DNA of 64,000 nucleotides from Candidatus Poribacteria bacterium (GTDB lineage Bacteria; Poribacteria; WGA-4E; JAJDTR01), in assembly GCA_965222225.1 (NCBI GenBank), contig CBDCTK010000002.1, forward strand, positions 3,616,001 to 3,680,000, read 5' to 3'. A program made the position numbers and the translations under genes. Position 1 is the stretch's first letter. Each line of letters begins with the position of its first letter. Positions 9,786-21,395 of this stretch are shown in pieces. Under the pieces are notes generated by a model. That model was not told the origin of the DNA. It searched no databases and saw only the letters and a list, made by a program, of their open reading frames with translations.

Positions 9786-10167
9786 GATATTTGCCAAACT
9801 TGGTGCGTGGGATCGACCAAGCGATTAGCGAGGGCGATAGAAATCATTCATCAAATCGAAGATAGAATCTTCAATAAGTACGTGGTGTCTCGGAGGCATC
9901 GTCCAAATTAAGGACGAATTTCGGATTATGGGCGGAACTGGACGCCTTGGAATTCAGCCAAGAGTGCTACAACAACCCCCCGCTATGGCCTTCTGATATT
10001 TTTAACATTTTTTAGATCTGGTCGCTATCCAAGTGTCGCACCGCTGGGGCTTTTGATGTGTGATGGATTGGTGTTGCTATACGCCTTGGAGATCTCATCT
10101 GCGATTTGACGAGTGCAAATCTCTACAATCACTTGATTTACGGGAACTGGTGATTGACTGTTGTGTT

Positions 10168-11364
10168 CTAGGCGCGCTCTTCATCTTGGTAATACCGCAT
10201 CAGAATTTCGGCGACTTCGGAACGCGAAAATTCTTCGGGCAACATCTCGCCAGCTGCCAACATCTCTCTAACCTTTGTGCCTGACAGGAAGAGATAGTCC
10301 TCGGGCGCGTGTGGACAATCGCGCATCATGACAATTTCATCACACTTGTTGCACCAGACAGTATGGTCGCCGCGAAAGATTTTGATTTCAAGGGCATTTT
10401 CGGGTATCTCGTCAAAGATAGTCTGAGCATCAAATGGACCGTAGTAATCGCCAACACCGGCGTGATCTCGCCCGACGATCAGATCCGAGCAGCCGCAGTT
10501 CTGGCGGAATACGGCGTGTAGGAGCGCCTCGCATGGCCCGGCGTAGAGCATGTCGAAGCCGTACCCGGTTACAGAAACGGTGTTTTCGGGAAAATATAGC
10601 TCTACCATCTTCCGAATTGATGCATCGCGCACGTGAGCCGGAATGTCCCCCGGTTTTAATTTGCCGAGCAGCATGTGAATCAGGATTCCGTCTGCGCCGA
10701 CCGCTTTCTGGGCAATGCGGCATAATTCTTCGTGGGCGCGGTGCATGGGGTTTCGCGTTTGAAAAGCGACAACCTTGTTCCAGCCCCGATTTGCGATATC
10801 CTCGCGAATCTCGGGGGCGGTACGGAATGTATCGGCGAAATCGGATCTGAAATAGGAGAAGTTGAGCACTTGGATCTGCCCCGAGATTACCCGATCTCCC
10901 ATGGCGCTGAAAGCGGCGACTCCCGGATGCTCCGGATCAGTCGTACAAAAAGTGTGCTCAATGAGTGCCCCCTTTTGCGCCGCGGTGAGGACTTCAATCC
11001 CTGAAACATCCATGATTGCAAGAACCGGATTGTCATCCACATTCGGATCCCGCAACGCAATCCGGCTGGCATCCCTTGCCTCAGTTGCAAGTTGATCCGC
11101 CTTAACGATGTTCATTATCGGCACGGGCCAGAACAGCCCGTCCGGAGTGACCATGTTTTCGGCTACGCTAATGGCTTCGGGGATGTTCATGTACCCGGTA
11201 AGCGGATTAAAATAGCCTGAACCGAGCATTACCGCGGATGATGCCGCTCCCGAAGATATGATGATACTCGGTAAGTTTTGTGCCTCCTCTATCAATTCCG
11301 CACGCTGGGCATCATCCGCAACATAGAGTGGATTTAGTTTCTCGGATCCATGTGGTGCAATCAT
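10168..11364 (-). CDS. sat: Sulfate adenylyltransferase
   Basis: FQTRNPMHRAHE, GRDHAGVGDYY and LSGTKVREML motifs. Confidence 0.96.
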   Translation of the reverse strand: MIAPHGSEKLNPLYVADDAQRAELIEEAQNLPSIIISSGAASSAVMLGSGYFNPLTGYMNIPEAISVAENMVTPDGLFWPVPIMNIVKADQLATEARDASRIALRDPNVDDNPVLAIMDVSGIEVLTAAQKGALIEHTFCTTDPEHPGVAAFSAMGDRVISGQIQVLNFSYFRSDFADTFRTAPEIREDIANRGWNKVVAFQTRNPMHRAHEELCRIAQKAVGADGILIHMLLGKLKPGDIPAHVRDASIRKMVELYFPENTVSVTGYGFDMLYAGPCEALLHAVFRQNCGCSDLIVGRDHAGVGDYYGPFDAQTIFDEIPENALEIKIFRGDHTVWCNKCDEIVMMRDCPHAPEDYLFLSGTKVREMLAAGEMLPEEFSRSEVAEILMRYYQDEERA

Positions 11365-11622
11365 TCAATTCTCCTTAAGGTTCGTCAAAATGATTTTTTG
11401 GCGAAGGTACCGGGGGAAACAACGAGGGAGCTCTATCGCACGGGATTTGCTATCGCAGTCGCTGTTCGCTCCCTTGATCGTTATTCCTTTCAAGCGACCT
11501 ACATCATGAAAGTATCGTCTAAACTCTTTAGCTCTGCTTTTTGCGCAAATCCTCGTAATCTAAACAGAAGAACGGCACGTGATGAGACCATCATCAAAGG
11601 TATGCAATTCACGTCCCCTTCT

Positions 11623-12285
11623 CTATAGCTTGCCTTTGAAATACAGACAGTGCTTTGTCAAGGCGCATTCATCGCACTTCGGTTTTCGGGCATTGCAAAT
11701 CTGCCGTCCAAACTGAATCAGGTTCATGTGGAAAGGAAATGCCCTTCCCTTGGGAATAATTTCTCCCATTAACTGATGCGCTTTGTCCGCAGTACAGTTT
11801 GGCGGAATGAACCCGAGTCGTTTGCTAATGCGCAGCACGTGGGTATCCACGGGGAACACGTCATGACCGCAAACAAAGGCGAGGGTGACGGAAGCCGTCT
11901 TGATGCCAATCCCCTTGTGTTGACAGAGGTATTGTCGGGCTGCCTCGGTCTCCATCTCGCAGACGAATTCCAAATCCAACACTCCACGTTCCGTATTTAG
12001 CCACGTCAGAAAGTCCTTAATGGTGCGGCTTTTTTGCGTGTGCAGCCCCGCAATCTTGATTGTCTTGCCGATCTCTTCGACTTCGGCTTTGCATACATCT
12101 TCCCACGTGGGGAACCTGTCCCTAAGAGCTGCATACCCTTTGTCACGGTTGACATCGTTCGTGTTTTGGGAGAGAACGGTGCGCATCAAACAGTCCAAGA
12201 CGTTGTCTTCGGCTTGCCCCTCATAGGCGCCAAGCGTCTCTTCCAATGTGTCGGCGACGAACTTTGCCTTCCGCTTAAGATTCAA
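11623..12285 (-). CDS. nth: Endonuclease III (HhH-GPD glycosylase)
   Basis: LSQNT, GIGIKTA, FPVDTHV, and the C-x6-C-x2-C-x5-C FeS motif. Confidence 0.9.
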   Translation of the reverse strand: MNLKRKAKFVADTLEETLGAYEGQAEDNVLDCLMRTVLSQNTNDVNRDKGYAALRDRFPTWEDVCKAEVEEIGKTIKIAGLHTQKSRTIKDFLTWLNTERGVLDLEFVCEMETEAARQYLCQHKGIGIKTASVTLAFVCGHDVFPVDTHVLRISKRLGFIPPNCTADKAHQLMGEIIPKGRAFPFHMNLIQFGRQICNARKPKCDECALTKHCLYFKGKL

Positions 12286-12344
12286 CGGTACCTCCGGGCA
12301 GAATTGTAGGGGTGTTTACACTCTAGATCTTTGCTATCTCTCTG

Positions 12345-13418
12345 TCAATTAACGTAGAATTTCCGGTCGTTTTCTTCGGTAGCGTCGTCGTCCATTGAGA
12401 CGTTTAGTTTCTCCGCACACTGACATATCTGCCGGTATATAGTGTCCGGCAGGTCAATTCCGTGAACGAGACGATGGGTTCGGGCGCGGTATTCAAAGTC
12501 GCCCGGCACTAACACTTCGTCGAATCCCGGCGCCGGGGGAGTCCGCTTCATTCCATCGAGGAAGGCTCGCACCCCCTGTTGGTACTCTTTCAAAGGGGTA
12601 TAAGCCTCTATATTGATTGCCTGCATAAAGAAGCCGTGCATTGATCCGCTTTCAATATTGAAGTTCCCGGACAAACCTCCGAGCATGCAGACTAGCAATG
12701 ACAGCGCGTATCCTTTGTGACCGCCGAAGGGCAACATGGAACCGCCGTCAAAGTAATCCGCCGTTTTGATCGACGGGTTGCCGTGTTTATCCAAAATAGA
12801 GCCTTCCGGCAAATCAATCCCTTTGCTCTGCGCCACCTGAATTTTGCCCTGCGCAATCATGCTCGTCGCGTAATCAATGATGAACGGCGAGTCATCACCC
12901 GTCGGGACGCCAACGGCGATGGGATTCGTTCCAAGACCGCCCTTCAAACCGCCAAACGGCACGACAGCGCCCGCCTGTCCACATCCACTGCCGATCGTAA
13001 CAACCCCGATACATCCCTCACGAGTTGCAGCCTCTACATATTCCCCCAATCGACCGATATGACCCGTACTAGCTAGGCTTAGACCGCAGAAATTCGCCTT
13101 CTTCGCTTTGGCGATTGTCCACTTCATCGCTTGCCGCGCAGCGAAGTGACCGAGACAGTTTCCTCCATCCACAATCAACGTCGTGTCGGTTTCTTTGATA
13201 ATCACAGGCTCAGACGTAGGGTTTAAGCCGCCGTTTTCAATGCCGTGCAAATAGACGGGAATCCGGAGCACGCCGTGCGAGTCGTGTCCGGCGAGGTTGG
13301 CATTGACCAGAATCTGAGCTACGTCCTGAGCGATATGGAGCGGCGTGCCGGCTGCGACAAACAACCGGCGGGCAATCGAATGAAGGTGACTGGCTTGGAA
13401 GTTATGGCTTTCTGCCAT
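12345..13418 (-). CDS. Ldh_2 family (type-2 malate/L-lactate dehydrogenase-like) oxidoreductase
   Basis: GHDSHG, HIGRLG, GTNPIA, DYATS, PFGGHKGYAL motifs. Confidence 0.92.
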   Translation of the reverse strand: MAESHNFQASHLHSIARRLFVAAGTPLHIAQDVAQILVNANLAGHDSHGVLRIPVYLHGIENGGLNPTSEPVIIKETDTTLIVDGGNCLGHFAARQAMKWTIAKAKKANFCGLSLASTGHIGRLGEYVEAATREGCIGVVTIGSGCGQAGAVVPFGGLKGGLGTNPIAVGVPTGDDSPFIIDYATSMIAQGKIQVAQSKGIDLPEGSILDKHGNPSIKTADYFDGGSMLPFGGHKGYALSLLVCMLGGLSGNFNIESGSMHGFFMQAINIEAYTPLKEYQQGVRAFLDGMKRTPPAPGFDEVLVPGDFEYRARTHRLVHGIDLPDTIYRQICQCAEKLNVSMDDDATEENDRKFYVN

Positions 13419-14037
13419 GTATTTTACTCCTCAAAGGTGCCGGTGGATTCGACGAACCGAAGAATTCTTCCAATTCAAAGCGAATGTTGGTATTAAAGCC
13501 TATCTTGCGAAACGACTCGGAAGATAGGATTGGAAGGATGGAAGAGCGGAAGGTTGGGGAACTCCGCCCCCGCGCATCGGTTAAAATGTAAATAATCTCC
13601 ACCATTGACGGAGACCGGGGAAAAGCGATGGTACTAAAAGCATTGAGTATAACACAGGATAGCGTGAAACGGAAAGGATTTGTGATTTCACGTGAAGGTA
13701 ATTACACCTGATTTTTGGTTGTAGGGGCGTTCTTTTCGTCGCTCCAAACCGGGCATGCAACGAACCGGGCATGCAACGAAAAGAAATCAATGATTTAATG
13801 ATTACAGATTCTCTAGAATTGGGTGCGGTTGTTCCGTTGTACGACGGCTTTGGGCTTGACGGATTTCTAGAGGGAACGTATAATGCGATTGATTTCGAGA
13901 GGAATGCAGCACACCCACAGAAAGCAAAAATCATCCTTAATCCGCCATTGAAAGATTGCAACTACAATCTCGCGTTATCCCTGCTGATTGTTTAGTTTCA
14001 TACCGGGCAGACATCCTAAAACGACACTGGAGGAAAT

Positions 14038-14856
14038 GTGGTGGATTCAGAATACACGGAGCCTGTGGCGCTACTGTTAACCTATGGAGATCCCCGCGAC
14101 GAAACAGAATGGCCAGATTATCTGTCGCTTGGGTTCACGGAGGAACATGTCCCTGAACTCATAAAAATGGCAACTGACGAAGACCTTAACTGGACTAGCT
14201 CTGAGAGTCTGGAAGTCTAGGCTCCGGTGCACGCCTGGCGCACATTCGCGCAACTCCAAGCAGAAGAAGCAATCGAGCCGTTGTTGGCTCTGTTTGATTT
14301 CTCTGAAGATTTCGATGATGATTGGGTGCTATCGGAGTTTCTGACCGTTTATGGCATGATAGGGTCAAAAGCTATTCCGGCACTGGCAGGGAATTTGTCC
14401 GAGAATTCTGCCGAGGTAATGTCTGGCATTTCGGTAGTAGACTGTATTAAAGAGATAGGTAAGACGCATCCGGATGCCAAATCGGAATGCGTTCAGGTAT
14501 TGAACTCACAACTGGAATAATTTCAATACAATTCTTCGACATTGAACGGTTTCTTGATTAGCGGTCTCGTCGGGTTGCAGGCGGTAGACCGTTTGCCTTT
14601 GATACGACAAGCGTTCGAAAACGGGCGGGTTGATTTGTCGATAGTGGGAGATATTGAAGATGTAGAGATCGACTTGAACGTGAGAAAAGAGCGGTCAACT
14701 TCCCGCCCGCTGTTATTCGAGGAGGTCCGGCAGGTTTTATCTGGGTTGAATAGCGACAATTTAAACCAAGAGCCGCGAGAATTGAAGATTGGCAGAAATG
14801 ATCCTTGCCCTTGCGGCAGTGGACGGAAGTACAAGAAATGTTGTCTTAACAAATGA
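14038..14856 (+). pseudogene. DUF1186-like protein with a C-terminal SEC-C motif, pseudogene
   Basis: Three ORF pieces in a single frame separated by TAG (14218) and TAA (14518). Ends with [18 protein letters not shown]. Confidence 0.85.
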
Positions 14857-15047
14857 ATGGACGCACAGGGGAAAAGCAGCGATCTGTGAGGGGAAGAAAT
14901 AGAAAGACACGAGGAGCGAAGGAATACGGATTGTCATGAATGGCGAAAGAGAAGCGGGGAAATCGAATCGCGGATTAAGAAAATCCCATGTTCAATATGT
15001 GAGGTTAATTCTTGGCACTTCCGTAACGAATCCTTGGAGGATTACCT

Positions 15048-16403
15048 ATGAGGGCTAACCCAATTGGGGATAACAATGCGATGGAAGTGGGCGTCGCCAG
15101 TACAATTATAACACCGCCGGTTGGCGGATGGCTGCTTGGCCCTGTGGCTCGTAGTACCGGCGTTCACGACGACCTTTACGCGAAAGTGCTGGTGTTGAAT
15201 GATGGCAACCAAGCAGTGGCGATTCAGTGTCTGAATCTCGTCGGATTGTCCCACGCCTTCAACGATGAACTCATTGCATTGATTCGAGGGCGAACTCACG
15301 TCGAGACGGTGCTTATCAACTGTAGTCACACCCATTCGTCGCCATTCTCGATGCCGTGGAGTTTCAACGGCTGGAAAGCGCATTGTGAGGAGGAAACCGA
15401 ATGGTGTGACGAACTGCGTGCGGCGATACCGGGCATTGTCGAGGAGGCGACAGCGCGGATGACGCCCGTGAGTTTACACGCGGCGCGGAATCCGGTAAAG
15501 ATTGGCGCGAATCGGCGCCTCATGACCGAAAATGGCATCGTTATGGCTCCGAATCCGGATGGGCAGGAAACGCCTTGGGTGGATGTTCTTCAGGTTGTAG
15601 AAAAGGGGGGCGATAACCTTGCAGTGCTTTTCACCTATGCCGCACATCCGGTTATCGTGCACGCCGCAAGTAGGCTTATCAGCACCGATTATTGTGGTGT
15701 AACGGTGGATGTCATTCGAGAACAGCTCGGAGAAGGTGTGCTGCCTCTCTTTGCACAAGGGTGTTCCGGCAACATCAACGGTCATCCTCTCCGCAGTGGA
15801 CATGCCAAAGCGGAGGATGCCGGCGTAAAGCTGGGCAATGCCGTCTTGGAGGCAATTTACGTCGAAGAGTGTGTTCCGATAGAAGCGGACACGTTTAGGG
15901 TTACCTCCGAGACGCTTCGGTTGCCGTGCGAAGAACTACCGAGCGCCCAATCGTGCACCGAAGTTATTAGCGAATTGGAGGAGGAGATTCAAAAAGAGGG
16001 AGGTGGATGGGGGGTAGAAAACAAACTCAACTGTCTGAAGTCGCTCCGGAGCAAGATAGAAAAGAACCAACAACCTGAAGTGCGATTCGGTATCACGGCG
16101 GTGATGCTAGGCGACGAGTGGTGTCTGGTAGCCATGCCGCACGAGGTATTCTGTGATTACGCACTCTGGATGGAGGAGGTATCTCCATTTGTGCGCACCG
16201 TGGCTTGGGGCTACACCAACGGCTGCGAGTCTTACATTCCGACGGACAAAGACTTGGAACTAGGCGTGCGAGGTGGTTATGAGGCGGCGCGTTTTCCCCG
16301 TTTGGCGGCAGCATTGGGGTACGCGAGTCGTCTAGCTTGCCGACCGGGTATTGAAGGACAGATTAAGGATGGCATCCGCCGAATCTGGAGCCAGAAGGAA
16401 TAA
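15048..16403 (+). CDS. Neutral/alkaline ceramidase N-terminal-domain family hydrolase
   Basis: ITPP, HDDLYAK, CSHTHSSP, YAAHP, QGCSGNIN, GYTNG and GGYE motifs. Confidence 0.85.
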   Translation: MRANPIGDNNAMEVGVASTIITPPVGGWLLGPVARSTGVHDDLYAKVLVLNDGNQAVAIQCLNLVGLSHAFNDELIALIRGRTHVETVLINCSHTHSSPFSMPWSFNGWKAHCEEETEWCDELRAAIPGIVEEATARMTPVSLHAARNPVKIGANRRLMTENGIVMAPNPDGQETPWVDVLQVVEKGGDNLAVLFTYAAHPVIVHAASRLISTDYCGVTVDVIREQLGEGVLPLFAQGCSGNINGHPLRSGHAKAEDAGVKLGNAVLEAIYVEECVPIEADTFRVTSETLRLPCEELPSAQSCTEVISELEEEIQKEGGGWGVENKLNCLKSLRSKIEKNQQPEVRFGITAVMLGDEWCLVAMPHEVFCDYALWMEEVSPFVRTVAWGYTNGCESYIPTDKDLELGVRGGYEAARFPRLAAALGYASRLACRPGIEGQIKDGIRRIWSQKE

Positions 16404-16623
16404 GCAGTAAGTCTTAATCGCAACATTCACGGCAGTAGTTGGGTTAGTAACGGCTGCTTTTCTTACGTTTGAAGGATTGATTTTCTAGCCACTGAATTTT
16501 CACTTGACTTCTGAGTAGAATAATGTGTACCATTAAGCCTACTTTCTGTTCTAGAGTGTGATGGCTGGTAACGTCGTTTACGGTTCCAAATAGAAATATT
16601 CAAGAAAGGCGGGAGTATACCGA

Positions 16624-16974
16624 ATGTCGATGATTTACCTTGAGGACGTACTAAAAATCGTTGATAACAAATACTTGGCGGTGAACATGGCTGCTCAACG
16701 TGCGCGCCAATTGAATGAAAGGGAGTTTGCGCTTCTTAGCTCAGCGACGCAGAAACCTGCGACAGTTGCCTCGGAAGAACTCATCAAAGGAAAAATCGGG
16801 TACAGAATTGCGGATCCGGCTGCACAGGATTCCGACGAACTGGTAATCTTCAGTACCGACCCCAATGAGGCTGCGGCGGATGGAGACGCCTTGGATGAGG
16901 CTGTTCAAACCGAATACTACGCTGAAGGGACAAATGTTGTAGTGGATTCAGAGGAGCGTGAAGAGGGACTGTAA
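16624..16974 (+). CDS. rpoZ: RNA polymerase omega subunit with an acidic C-terminal tail
   Basis: NKYLAVNMAAQRARQL...KPATVASEEL..GKI. Confidence 0.9.
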   Translation: MSMIYLEDVLKIVDNKYLAVNMAAQRARQLNEREFALLSSATQKPATVASEELIKGKIGYRIADPAAQDSDELVIFSTDPNEAAADGDALDEAVQTEYYAEGTNVVVDSEEREEGL

Positions 16975-16998
16975 CCAAGTGACTTGAATTCCCGATTG

Positions 16999-17033
16999 AA
17001 AAAGCCCTGTGTATTTATACACAGGGCTTTTTT
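16999..17033 (+). terminator. Rho-independent terminator, probably bidirectional
   Basis: AAAAAGCCCTGTGTA-TTTA-TACACAGGGCTTTTTT lies between convergent rpoZ and VOC genes. Confidence 0.9.
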
Positions 17034-17217
17034 GTTTCTTCAAAATTCAACAGATTTCCACAAACCATGGAACTCGTCACTAATGCGGAATCCGCCAATT
17101 GGGTAAGAGATTGGAAGGATAGAAGAGTAAAAGGTTGGAAAATTCTCTTCCATACTACCTTCGAGATATAAAGTCTATTCTCCAAACTTGCTCATGTCAC
17201 GCTAAGAAATCCAGATT

Positions 17218-17604
17218 CTATCTTTCCAGTAGTTCAACTTCATAACCATCCGGATCGGTGATAAACGCCATCTTCATTCCATCCGAAGTAAATTGTTCAC
17301 GCCAGCCATCGGGCCAAATTTCAAGCCCCGCTTTTTCCAGCTTATCGCAGAACGACACGAGATCCGGGACACCGATGGCAAAGTGCATCAAATCCTCCGG
17401 AACATTGAGGTCGTAATCGGAGGAATAGGTAAACTCAAGCGTGTGCAGGTTGCCGGGTAATTCCATGTGCACAATCTGGTTACCTGCCGGTGACTTGTCG
17501 CTCCGGCTTTTCATCACGAAGCCAAGGTGGTCGGCGTACCATTTAATAGACCGATCCAAATCGCTCACGCGGACGCGAGTGTGTAGAAATTCTGCCATTT
17601 TCAT
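17218..17604 (-). CDS. VOC/glyoxalase family protein
   Basis: FLHTRVRVSDLDRSI...HFAI...DPDGYEVEL. Confidence 0.9.
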   Translation of the reverse strand: MKMAEFLHTRVRVSDLDRSIKWYADHLGFVMKSRSDKSPAGNQIVHMELPGNLHTLEFTYSSDYDLNVPEDLMHFAIGVPDLVSFCDKLEKAGLEIWPDGWREQFTSDGMKMAFITDPDGYEVELLER

Positions 17605-17781
17605 CTCCTTGTGTTAATTGGTTTGTACCAAAATCAGTTTATCAAGTTAGCGCATTGAAGTCAATCTTCCAAATCAGGAAGAATCTAGGATAGGAAAGGG
17701 AAGCTTCCCTAGTTGGGTTGACTATGAGCTGTTGGTTTTCACTTCTTGCAACCCAACCTACGGATTGAAGATTGGTATTAC

Positions 17782-19837
17782 TCAAAAACGCCGTACCAAT
17801 TCGAGGCTCCAATACCGGGGTTCATTGACATAGCCGGTCAGATTGTTAAAGTCAATGCCCCCGGCGGGAAGCGCGACAATATAGCGCGCAGTCACATCTG
17901 CAATCCAGCCCGGAGCCTGCGGCAGACCGTTCCCGTCAATGGAAAAAGTCCCGGAAGCAGCGGAAGCGGGCGGGTCCAGAACCGTACACGGTGCACCGCA
18001 GCCCTGCACCGCCAAATGCGGATCGTCAATACGCGTATGGTTGTAACTAAGCCCGGCTGAAACCTCCAATGATGTAATCGGTAGAATGGTCAACTCGGTC
18101 TCGAAGCCGCGTCCAATGGCGCTCTCGGCGTTCACCAACCGATTAAAATTGGTCTCGCCGCCCACTGCGGTGAGCTGTTGATCTTGCATGAAGTAGTGGA
18201 ACGCAGCCATATTCAGGTGCAACCGTTGTCCCCAAAGGCGTAATTTCGTGCCGCCTTCAAAGGAAAGAATCGTCTCCGTATCCGCCAGCGTGACGGCGTC
18301 GCCAAACAGCAAGCGTCCCTGAATGCTTGGCGTCCGAAACCCTCGCGCCGCACGCAAATACGTCTGCACGCCCGCCCGGCGCCGCGCGATAGCGCAGGTT
18401 CAGGTCTCCGCTCCATACCGTGTCCTGAGGGTTCTGGTGAATGGGACCCAGCGGGCCCGCGCCCGTAACAGCAGGCGCTTCGTCTCGCCATGCCGTATAG
18501 TCCTTTGCGTCATCGGACAATCGTAGCCCGGCGCTCAATTCCAACTCTTCGAGCCATTGGAAAGTCATCGCCGCAAATGCCGCCCGCGCGGTAGCCTCCT
18601 GCTCTTGGCGTACCATCCCATCCAAGGTACCTCCAGCCAAGGTATTGTAGTTGATATCCTCCATCTCCACGAACTCGCGGAAATAATACAATCCGAACTG
18701 ATAGGCGAGGCGGCGCGCTCCCGCACTCATCAGGCGGACTTCTTGGCTAAACTGGCGCAGCGTGGGAATGCCGGACGCGGTTTCAGACGGAAAAGGAATC
18801 TCGCCGGGGCCACTGAGCTGACTAAACGCAGCACCGTACCCTCCATCAATGTCTCCGCGCGAAAAATTGGTGAGCCGCTCAAGTCCCGTCAACGAAACCA
18901 GTTGGAAGGAAGTTCCCGATGTCGTAACGCACTTCAACTGCCAAGCCGTGCGTTCTCAGGGTTTGCTCATTGCGCCCGTCGTGCGCAATGCGGTCACGGG
19001 CAAAGTCCTGCACCAAATCTCCTTCTCCTTGCATCAAGGTATTGGCACGAAACAGGCGAGCGGTGCCATCAAGATCGCGAGCATGGAGTTTGAACCATGC
19101 CTCCAGCTCCGGTATAGGTGTCCACAGCAACTGTAGGCGTCCAGCCAAGTCCCGATGTCCTCCTAGCGCATTTTCTTCGTCCGTGTACTCGTTATCCACC
19201 CAGCCTCCCGCCGCTGGGTGAGCAGCGAAAGCCGCGCGGAAAGCACAGATGGCACGAGCGGGCCCGATACGGCACCTTCAAAATTAACGCTGTTGAACCG
19301 CCCGTAACTCAACCGTCCGTATCCCTCTAGGCTCTGGGTGGGACGCGCCGACTCAAACTTTACGGTGCCCGCAGGCGTGTTGCGTCCAAAAAGCGTGCCT
19401 TGCGGTCCTCGCAGCACCTCAATCCGATCCAGATCGAAGGCGGGAAATCCTTTCAACAAAGCATTTTCGAGCACAACCCCGTCGTGGAGAACCGAAACCG
19501 GCTGCGAAGCGTTAAGGTCAAAGTCCGTATTGCCAAGCCCGCGGATATAAAAGCGCGGAAAGACTCGTCCAAACGACGACTCCATCTGGAAACTTGGCGT
19601 GCGGTTTGACAAAAAACGGACATCCATGCCCGACGATCGCAAGGCGTCGAATTTCTCGCCCCGGACAGTCGAAACGGAGAGCGGCACCTCAAAAGACCGC
19701 TGCTCCCGCTTGCGAGCGGTAACCACGACCTCTTCCATCACAATACTCTCTTCGGCTTTCTCGTCAGCAACGACTGTTAAAGATACCGACAGCGTTATCG
19801 AGCAAGCAAGGACACAAAACTGTTTGGCAATGTTCAT
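17782..19837 (-). pseudogene. TonB-dependent receptor, fragmented
   Basis: Signal peptide, TonB box EEVVVTARKRE, plug motif RIEVLRGPQGTLFGRN, C-terminal ...RRF. Split over four frames (19163-19837, 18879-19199, 18257-18937, 17782-18369). Confidence 0.9.
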
Positions 19838-20160
19838 ATTTTCTGTCCAAAAGATTCTAAAGAGATTTTGCGTAAAATGATACTATTGTGGAGGAAAACC
19901 CCAGATCCAAGACTTAATATACGTCAATATTATACCATATTCTGGCAACTCGATTCCGAAAAATCAGATGGGTTTCCGCTGCAATTGTTTGTGATTTTGC
20001 CACCCTAGGATTTTTTGTCGTGACACGTAGATTGCCCGCTCTAGTTTCGCGTCTAACCACTCACCCCTAGCTACTGTTTTTGGCCTTGACATTAACCCTA
20101 GTTCATGATATTTTTTGAGGTGTTGACAACCGAGGAATAACAACATAGATTAGGTACACA

Positions 20161-21243
20161 ATGAACCCCAAACCCGGCATTGAAACCATCCACCCCTACC
20201 AAGGCGGAAAGCCGATTGAAGAGGTTCAACGCGAGTTTGGCATTGACGACATCATCAAACTAGCCTCCAATGAGAACCCGCTCGGTCCCTCACCCTTGGC
20301 GAAGGAGGCAATCAAGCGGGCAGCCGCAGAGGTCAATCTATACCCGGATGGAAACGCATACTACTTCAAAAACGAACTAGCCGAACATTTGGGGGTTTCT
20401 CCAGATTATCTCATCTTCGGTAACGGTTCCAACGATGTACTCCAGATTGTCGGTGAGACGTACATTTCGCCCGGTGATGAAGTCATCTATTCCGAGAGCG
20501 CCTTCGTCGTCTATATGCTAGTCTCCAAAATCTGCGGCGCGAAATCAATCGTGACACCGAGGCGTGATTACGCCCACGATTTGGATGCCATGGCGGATGC
20601 AATCACAGACTCCACGAAGGTGATTTTCATCGCCAATCCGAACAACCCTACCGGCACGATGGTCACGAAGGATGAGACCGAGCGTTTCATGCGACGCGTT
20701 CCGGACGACGTCCTTGTAGTCTTTGATGAGGCCTACTATGAATACGTTGAGCGTCTTGACTACCCGCAGACGCTCCCGTACGTGGAGGAGGGACGCAACG
20801 TGATTATCACCCGGACGTTCTCGAAAATCTACGGGCTTGCGGGACTGCGAATAGGCTACGGCATCGCGAAGTCGGCGACCATCGAAATGATGAATCGGGT
20901 GCGCCAGCCATTCAACTGCAATCTAATTGCCCAAGTCGCGGGGCGTGCCGCGCTCAACGATGCGAATCATGTTCGCCGCAGTTTGAAGTTGAATGCCGTA
21001 GGGAAGATTTACCTGTATGAGGCATTAGAACAACTCGGGCTGGAGTATGTCGAAACAGAAGGAAACTTCATCTTGGTTCAACTCGGAAGGTCGGGACAAG
21101 AGGTGGCTGACGCACTCATGCAAAAAGGCGTCATTGTGCGACCTATGGAAGCGTACGGTTTCCCCAACGCCGTACGAATAACGATTGGCAAACCCGATGA
21201 AAATAAGCGGTTCATAGAAACATTACAGGAAGTATTGAACTAA
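20161..21243 (+). CDS. hisC: Histidinol-phosphate aminotransferase
   Basis: KLASNENP, GNGS, NPNNPTG, DEAY, RTFSKIYGLAGLRIGY. Confidence 0.95.
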   Translation: MNPKPGIETIHPYQGGKPIEEVQREFGIDDIIKLASNENPLGPSPLAKEAIKRAAAEVNLYPDGNAYYFKNELAEHLGVSPDYLIFGNGSNDVLQIVGETYISPGDEVIYSESAFVVYMLVSKICGAKSIVTPRRDYAHDLDAMADAITDSTKVIFIANPNNPTGTMVTKDETERFMRRVPDDVLVVFDEAYYEYVERLDYPQTLPYVEEGRNVIITRTFSKIYGLAGLRIGYGIAKSATIEMMNRVRQPFNCNLIAQVAGRAALNDANHVRRSLKLNAVGKIYLYEALEQLGLEYVETEGNFILVQLGRSGQEVADALMQKGVIVRPMEAYGFPNAVRITIGKPDENKRFIETLQEVLN

Positions 21244-21395
21244 AGAAACTTGAAACCGTGTTTTCAAGAAAAACTCGGTTTCTAAAGAAGTCTTGTATAC
21301 GGCATTCACTTCCCTACACGCCAAAATCCAGCGGCGCGGCAGGTGCTTAACAACATTTGAAAACTCTGATTCTTGACAGTGACAGGTAGTCATCT

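Noticed and set aside
13747-13778. 16-bp tandem duplication AACCGGGCATGCAACG x2
   Set aside because: It is real but isolated, and most simply a local slippage duplication within a degenerate repeat.
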